Shown piece after piece: positions 35,427 through 39,869 of a DNA stretch of 39,869 nt. Numbering within the stretch: position 1 is the first letter of the stretch; every line of letters begins with the position of its first letter. Location: the IMG/VR virus record IMGVR_UViG_3300043416_000063, positions 1 to 39,869 of that record, one strand, 5' to 3'. Both the position numbers and the translations under genes were made by a program. This DNA comes from a virus (lineage: Duplodnaviria; Caudoviricetes). Under the pieces are notes generated by a model. That model ran no database searches. It saw only the letters and a program-made list of their open reading frames with translations, and had not been told where the DNA came from.

Positions 35427-37145
35427 TTAAACCTCGACTGCTGAAGGGGAGTTGTAGCCGCTGAACATGTTCATGACGTCCGTCAATGCGCTCTTGTCAC
35501 CGCTGCCCGTTGGGGCTTGAGCCATGTTCTTGACGGTCTGTGAGTTCTGCTGCATTGCGGCAGCCTGAGCCTGCGCGGCCTGCGCCTTGGCTCGAGCATC
35601 GCGGATGACAGCAACGTTCTTGTCCGCAATGATAAGGCTTGGGTCCACGCCGAGCATGTCGGAATAGATGTCAGCCCACTGGTCAGAGTCGAACTTGTCA
35701 AGCACATCCGGCTTGAACGTGGCAATCTGACCAAGGTTGCCAACGAATCTGTCAACGCTGTTGGTTCCGATGGCGCGTTGTGCCTGTGCCAGCATGCTCA
35801 CAAACTCAACGCTCAGATCCATGCCCTGTAGTTCAGGCGGGGCGGGCGGAATAAGGCCGGCAGAGATCATGTGCGAGAACGTCACGTCAATGAGCGGGTC
35901 AAGCAGCTCGTTGTGCAGACGCTCAATGACAGGTCCGAGCATCAACAATTTCTCTTCGTGACGCTCGGCTACCTCGGTTGCGGTCATTCGCGTGTCCGTG
36001 GCGTTGGCAAGCATAAGGAATAGGTCGGCGTAGAACGCGCCACGGATGCGTTCGCGGCAGTCTTGGATGTCGCCAAGCAGGTGCTGCAAGTTGAGGTTGA
36101 CATCAAATGCCGTGCGGATAGGCGATGAAGTCCCATCAACGAACGTGATGCCACCTGGAAGCATCTCGACATCGCGGTTCTTCATGCTGATCGGGACTTG
36201 TAGCGGCGGCTTGGTCTGATAGTCAATGACCTGACCCTTCCGCAATTGCTCATGCTGCAACTGCTTGATGTCACCAAGTGCTTCCATGCCCGGACTGTTG
36301 CCGTAGATATCGCCGCCGGCGGTCGCCCAGCGCGGGACAAGGCAAGGGAAGTGTTGGAAACCACCAACGCGCAGGAACTTATCTTGTTCACCACCCACCT
36401 CAAAATACCAAGAGCCATACGGCATGTTCTTACTGTCGCGCTTGGTAATGTCGCGGTCTTGGCGCGGCTCAATGGCATGAATGATTGGAATCCACTTATC
36501 CAGGTTGCCACGGTCGTACATGCTCTTCAACGAATTGGAGCAGTTGTCGTACCCAAACTCTTTGACAATCTCGCCAACTGTCTTCTCAAACTCGCGGTAC
36601 ATGGTGCATACGCGGCCTTGATAGTCAGTAGCAATGGCATATTCGCCCGTAGTCACGGGATAATGGTGTACTACGTTCTTGAAGTCAGGCAGCACAATGC
36701 TTGCAGCAGTACCGAAGCAACCAAGTTCTTCGTACATCTGATGCAAGGCGCGATAGGTATTCGACTTCTGAAATACCGACTGCATTCGCTTGGTGACATC
36801 GTCGAGCCACATCTTGACGGGCTGGTACGAGTTAAGCGATGGATCAGCGGTCGCAAGTCGAAACCACGGGCGTGCGGGCGAGGTCGCTCCGGCCATCATT
36901 CCGGCCCCAAGCGTTCTCAACGCCCGCGTACCCGTGTTGTCGTAAATGTTATTGTGTCTGCGCCAGCCCTTGTCACGGTCTTGCCGAAAGTAGCGACCGT
37001 TACGAGGGAGGATGTAGGTGGTCAGTTCCTGATAGTGCGCCCACCAGGTTGCACGCTCAGTCTTGAGCTGACCCCAACGGGTAAACAACTGATCCCGCTT
37101 GGGTGCGCCCGGATACGAAGCAGCATCACCTGTGTATTGGCTCAT
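35427..37145 (-). CDS. Portal / head-tail connector
   Basis: TSPARPWFRL, YGNSPGMEALGD and MTATEVAERHEEKLLMLGPV. Confidence 0.95.
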   Translation of the reverse strand: MSQYTGDAASYPGAPKRDQLFTRWGQLKTERATWWAHYQELTTYILPRNGRYFRQDRDKGWRRHNNIYDNTGTRALRTLGAGMMAGATSPARPWFRLATADPSLNSYQPVKMWLDDVTKRMQSVFQKSNTYRALHQMYEELGCFGTAASIVLPDFKNVVHHYPVTTGEYAIATDYQGRVCTMYREFEKTVGEIVKEFGYDNCSNSLKSMYDRGNLDKWIPIIHAIEPRQDRDITKRDSKNMPYGSWYFEVGGEQDKFLRVGGFQHFPCLVPRWATAGGDIYGNSPGMEALGDIKQLQHEQLRKGQVIDYQTKPPLQVPISMKNRDVEMLPGGITFVDGTSSPIRTAFDVNLNLQHLLGDIQDCRERIRGAFYADLFLMLANATDTRMTATEVAERHEEKLLMLGPVIERLHNELLDPLIDVTFSHMISAGLIPPAPPELQGMDLSVEFVSMLAQAQRAIGTNSVDRFVGNLGQIATFKPDVLDKFDSDQWADIYSDMLGVDPSLIIADKNVAVIRDARAKAQAAQAQAAAMQQNSQTVKNMAQAPTGSGDKSALTDVMNMFSGYNSPSAVEV

Positions 37146-37148
37146 AAG

Positions 37149-37484
37149 TTACTGCCCTAGAAGTGTTGACTTACCGAGAGACAGCGTGTTTGGGTTGACA
37201 CCACCGGGTCCGGTGAGCATCGTGTTTGAACCCGGAGTGTTGGCACTTGCCATCAAAGCAGCAACATCGGGAACCTTGCGGTTTGCAGCGGCTTGCGCTT
37301 GCTGGCTCATGCGTTGCTCACTTGCAGCAGTGCCGGCGGCAGCGGACTGCGCTTTCTTCTGCTGTTGAAGAGCTTTGTCTTGTTGCTTGTTTGCACTGAT
37401 GCTTGAAGAAATGGTTGCGCCGGTTCCTGCTGCTGCGGCTGCGGCCATACCAATCATTGCCAATGTAACGGGGTCCATTCCCAT
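37149..37484 (-). CDS. Small A/Q-rich virion protein upstream of portal
   Basis: Ends TMLTGPGGV...LGKSTLLG, typical of pre-portal podovirus proteins. Confidence 0.8.
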   Translation of the reverse strand: MGMDPVTLAMIGMAAAAAAGTGATISSSISANKQQDKALQQQKKAQSAAAGTAASEQRMSQQAQAAANRKVPDVAALMASANTPGSNTMLTGPGGVNPNTLSLGKSTLLGQ

Positions 37485-37485
37485 T

Positions 37486-37923
37486 TCAGATCTCCTTCAT
37501 TACGACGATGTCAGCGGGCGCGTAGCCACGCTTGGTAAATATGTTTGCAAGGTTTGTGCCAGCGCGGGTATGCCACAAGATACGAACTGCACCTCGAGCC
37601 TTTGCCTCACGCTCCGCTGCGATGATGAGCCTGCCGGCAGTAATGCCACGGTAATCAGGACGAACAAAGAGCGCATCGTTTGACGCGACCTTGATTGCAG
37701 GGTTGTGCATGTGGTTCGTCACGGTCATGGTGCAATACCCAATCATCTCGTCGCCATCGAACGCTCCGAGGACGAACATCAAGCCGAGGTCAACCACCGC
37801 CTGGTAGGTTTCTACTGATGGCTTAAACTCAAAGCCGAATCCTGTCTCATCCCAATTCTGCCGCATCAGTTTGGTAATAGCCGGCATGACAACTTTTGGC
37901 TCAACGAGCGCAATGCGACTCAT
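37486..37923 (-). CDS. GNAT acetyltransferase
   Basis: LFVRPDYRG...LIIAAEREAKARG acetyl-CoA motif. True start is ATG 37923. Confidence 0.88.
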   Translation of the reverse strand: MSRIALVEPKVVMPAITKLMRQNWDETGFGFEFKPSVETYQAVVDLGLMFVLGAFDGDEMIGYCTMTVTNHMHNPAIKVASNDALFVRPDYRGITAGRLIIAAEREAKARGAVRILWHTRAGTNLANIFTKRGYAPADIVVMKEI

Positions 37924-37930
37924 TGAAGGA

Positions 37931-37963
37931 ACCGTACCCATGCGGGTATGTCGTATGGGTCCC
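37931..37963 (-). promoter_or_regulatory. Putative late promoter 1 (leaderless)
   Basis: GGGACCCATA-N17-TACGGT-N7-ATG. Confidence 0.8.
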
Positions 37964-39289
37964 TCAAGTGTTTGCATACGGGTCGTAGTCCTTGACCGTC
38001 TTCTGCTTGACCTTGTCGTAAACATCGCGTGGAAGTTTCTTGCGTACTGGGGACGCGAACGTGAGCGCAAGCGCGTCTGCAATGTCAGGCGATGCACCAC
38101 CTTGCAGCCGCTTCTTGATCTCGTCCTTTGCTTCAAGCATGCGTTTGCCGGCCGCGTCATACCAATACACCGGGGTAGACAGTTCCTGCTTCAAATCGTT
38201 GTTGTTCGGAATTGCTCCCCCCTGCTCAATCCATTCCTTGAGCAACCACCACATCTCTGTGCGGCGGTTGACAAACAGGTTCGATTGGATTGCTTTGCCA
38301 CCGAACGCCACCTCAATGATGTCGTAGCCAAGCTGGCGCAGTCGGTCGATGACCCCTGCCCCTGCACCGGAGTCAATGAACACGGCATCCGGGTCCCAGG
38401 TTTCAATCAGATTTGCCACCCTTGAGGCAAGATCCATGTTGTCTATTCCGCGATAGACGATGGGATCAAACGCCTGAATGCCTTGCCTCTTGATGATGAC
38501 GCTGCGGTCATCCCCGAACCTAGCAGGGTCAACGCCAAGGATCTTTGGTGACCCCTCGTTATCCTTGTCGGTATACACGTGGTGTGCTGCGTTCTCGGCG
38601 TCAGCAAGCGAGATCAACTGATCGTCGCCAGCAGCTGCAAAGTCGCACAGATACTCACGGGCAAAGGCTGTCTCGGGCATGTCGCGCTTGAGGCGCGTGA
38701 CTTCTTCCTTGTCCAAGGCGTCCGTGTCATAAACCGTATACCGGGATGCCACCCAATCGGGCAGACTGTTCGCACGGTAGTACAGTTCTGAGAACAGGTT
38801 AATGCCGCTGGGCGTGCCGATAAACATTGCCCAACCTTTGCGGTCAGACAATGCCGGCTGAATGATGTCGTTCCACACCTCGGGCTTGATCTGCGCTACC
38901 TCGTCAATGACGCAGCCGTCAAGGCGTACCCCTCGCATGGCATCCGGGTTGTCACCACCAAACAAACGGATGGTCGCGCCGTTGTGTGCAAAGGTCACCG
39001 ACAAGTCAGCCTCGTTGACTTCAACGGCCGCAACGCTGCGAAGTGGTAGCAGTTTCTGCTTCAACCGCATCCAAGCGATTGCCTTGGCTTGCTTTAGGAA
39101 TGGGGCAACGTAAACAAAGAACCCAAGTTCCGCCTTGCAGCGTACGGTCTTGTCAATGAGTTCCATGATGGCAAGTTCGGTCTTGCCAGCACGCCGATGC
39201 AGGGCAAGCACCGTGAACCTGCGCCGTTTCAGATGACACTCCCGTTGCCAAGGGCGCGGGGTGTAAAGCAGGCTAATTTCCTGAGCCAT
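37964..39289 (-). CDS. terL: Terminase large subunit
   Basis: HRRAGKT, CVIDE and FIGTP ATPase motifs. GVDPARFGDD and SPDIADALALTF nuclease motifs. Confidence 0.96.
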   Translation of the reverse strand: MAQEISLLYTPRPWQRECHLKRRRFTVLALHRRAGKTELAIMELIDKTVRCKAELGFFVYVAPFLKQAKAIAWMRLKQKLLPLRSVAAVEVNEADLSVTFAHNGATIRLFGGDNPDAMRGVRLDGCVIDEVAQIKPEVWNDIIQPALSDRKGWAMFIGTPSGINLFSELYYRANSLPDWVASRYTVYDTDALDKEEVTRLKRDMPETAFAREYLCDFAAAGDDQLISLADAENAAHHVYTDKDNEGSPKILGVDPARFGDDRSVIIKRQGIQAFDPIVYRGIDNMDLASRVANLIETWDPDAVFIDSGAGAGVIDRLRQLGYDIIEVAFGGKAIQSNLFVNRRTEMWWLLKEWIEQGGAIPNNNDLKQELSTPVYWYDAAGKRMLEAKDEIKKRLQGGASPDIADALALTFASPVRKKLPRDVYDKVKQKTVKDYDPYANT

Positions 39290-39698
39290 CAGGCACGCCA
39301 GTCTTCAGGGTGATGCTGATACCACCCGTGTGGTTCATATCGACCCGCTCTGCCCACCGGGCGGGGTTCCACATGCGGAGGGTCTTGAGCCTAGTATCAA
39401 CCTGCAAACGCCTCCAAGCGGCTTGTACGGCGTCTGTCGGCTCCGTGTCGCTTAGGGTCTTGCACTCTTCAAGCATGGCTTCCTGCCCCTTGTCTCGGGC
39501 AAGCTTGTAAAGTGCGGCGAATTCCTCGTCTGCGTCCTTCCAATCATGGACTGTGCGGACATCGGGATTGCCCTTGCGCTTGGAGAATTCAAGCAAAGTT
39601 CCCCCGGTTGACAGCCAATCAAGGAGTTCGCTAGCCTTTGGATTGTTCATTACGGGTCCGCGCTTTGGAGCACCAACAGGCCGTTTAGGCTTCAACAC
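39273..39698 (-). CDS. terS: Terminase small subunit (second copy)
   Basis: Same as 583-1008 apart from one G/S change. Confidence 0.85.
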   Translation of the reverse strand: MLKPKRPVGAPKRGPVMNNPKASELLDWLSTGGTLLEFSKRKGNPDVRTVHDWKDADEEFAALYKLARDKGQEAMLEECKTLSDTEPTDAVQAAWRRLQVDTRLKTLRMWNPARWAERVDMNHTGGISITLKTGVPDGSGN

Positions 39699-39869
39699 GT
39701 TTCCATTGGACGGGGAACTGGGCGCGTCGTTGGTAGAGGCAGACTTTCCGGACAAAGGAACGAGAGAGGTTGACGAGCTTGGCGATACGACGATAGCCGA
39801 GGTTTTCTTCTTCATGGAGTTCTCTGATTTGGTTGACAACTCGATCCGGCACACGGGCGCGATGATGCG
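39685..39869 (-). CDS. HTH protein, 3' part (5' end beyond window)
   Basis: Copy of 995-1179. Confidence 0.75.
   Translation of the reverse strand, partial: HHRARVPDRVVNQIRELHEEENLGYRRIAKLVNLSRSFVRKVCLYQRRAQFPVQWKRVEA

Larger units (their letters stand above)
38691..39869. repeat. Terminal direct repeat, copy 2
   Basis: Matches 1-1179 at ~96% with no indels. Confidence 0.97.

Noticed and set aside
25418-37160. Long plus-strand ORFs (e.g. 25418-26200, 27962-28666, 36246-37160)
   Set aside because: Antisense shadows of well-supported structural genes.
37924-38160. N-terminal extension of the GNAT ORF
   Set aside because: Overlaps the terL 3' end and the late promoter. ATG 37923 fits the leaderless pattern.

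Overview
The window holds an apparently complete ~38.7 kb tailed-phage genome. The unit length is 38,690 bp, and bases 1-1179 recur at 38691-39869 as a diverged copy (~96% identical, almost all changes synonymous). The head and tail genes resemble the BPP-1-like podovirus plan. On the minus strand run terminase, GNAT, portal, a Dps-like protein, scaffold, capsid, cement, tail tubular A/B, three internal virion proteins (one a 3116-aa polyvalent protein), tail fibres, an SGNH esterase and membrane/lysis-like genes. A plus-strand early operon carries a C5 DNA methyltransferase, a CsrA-like protein, a double-HTH protein, RusA, ERF and Gp157. I recognised no polymerase, primase, helicase, replication initiator, integrase or endolysin. 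Four signals stand out. (1) A ~1.1 kb ORF-free region (3.0-4.1 kb) is packed with structured RNA candidates, including a ~480-nt GNRA/UNCG-rich element. It lies directly upstream of a helicase-loader-like gene, where an initiator gene would normally sit. (2) A phage-specific late promoter, GGGACCCATA-N17-TAnnnT, occurs three times. (3) Two early promoters share a spacer motif and a leader hairpin. (4) At least seven genes look leaderless. All calls come from reading the sequence by eye; no searches or folding programs were run.
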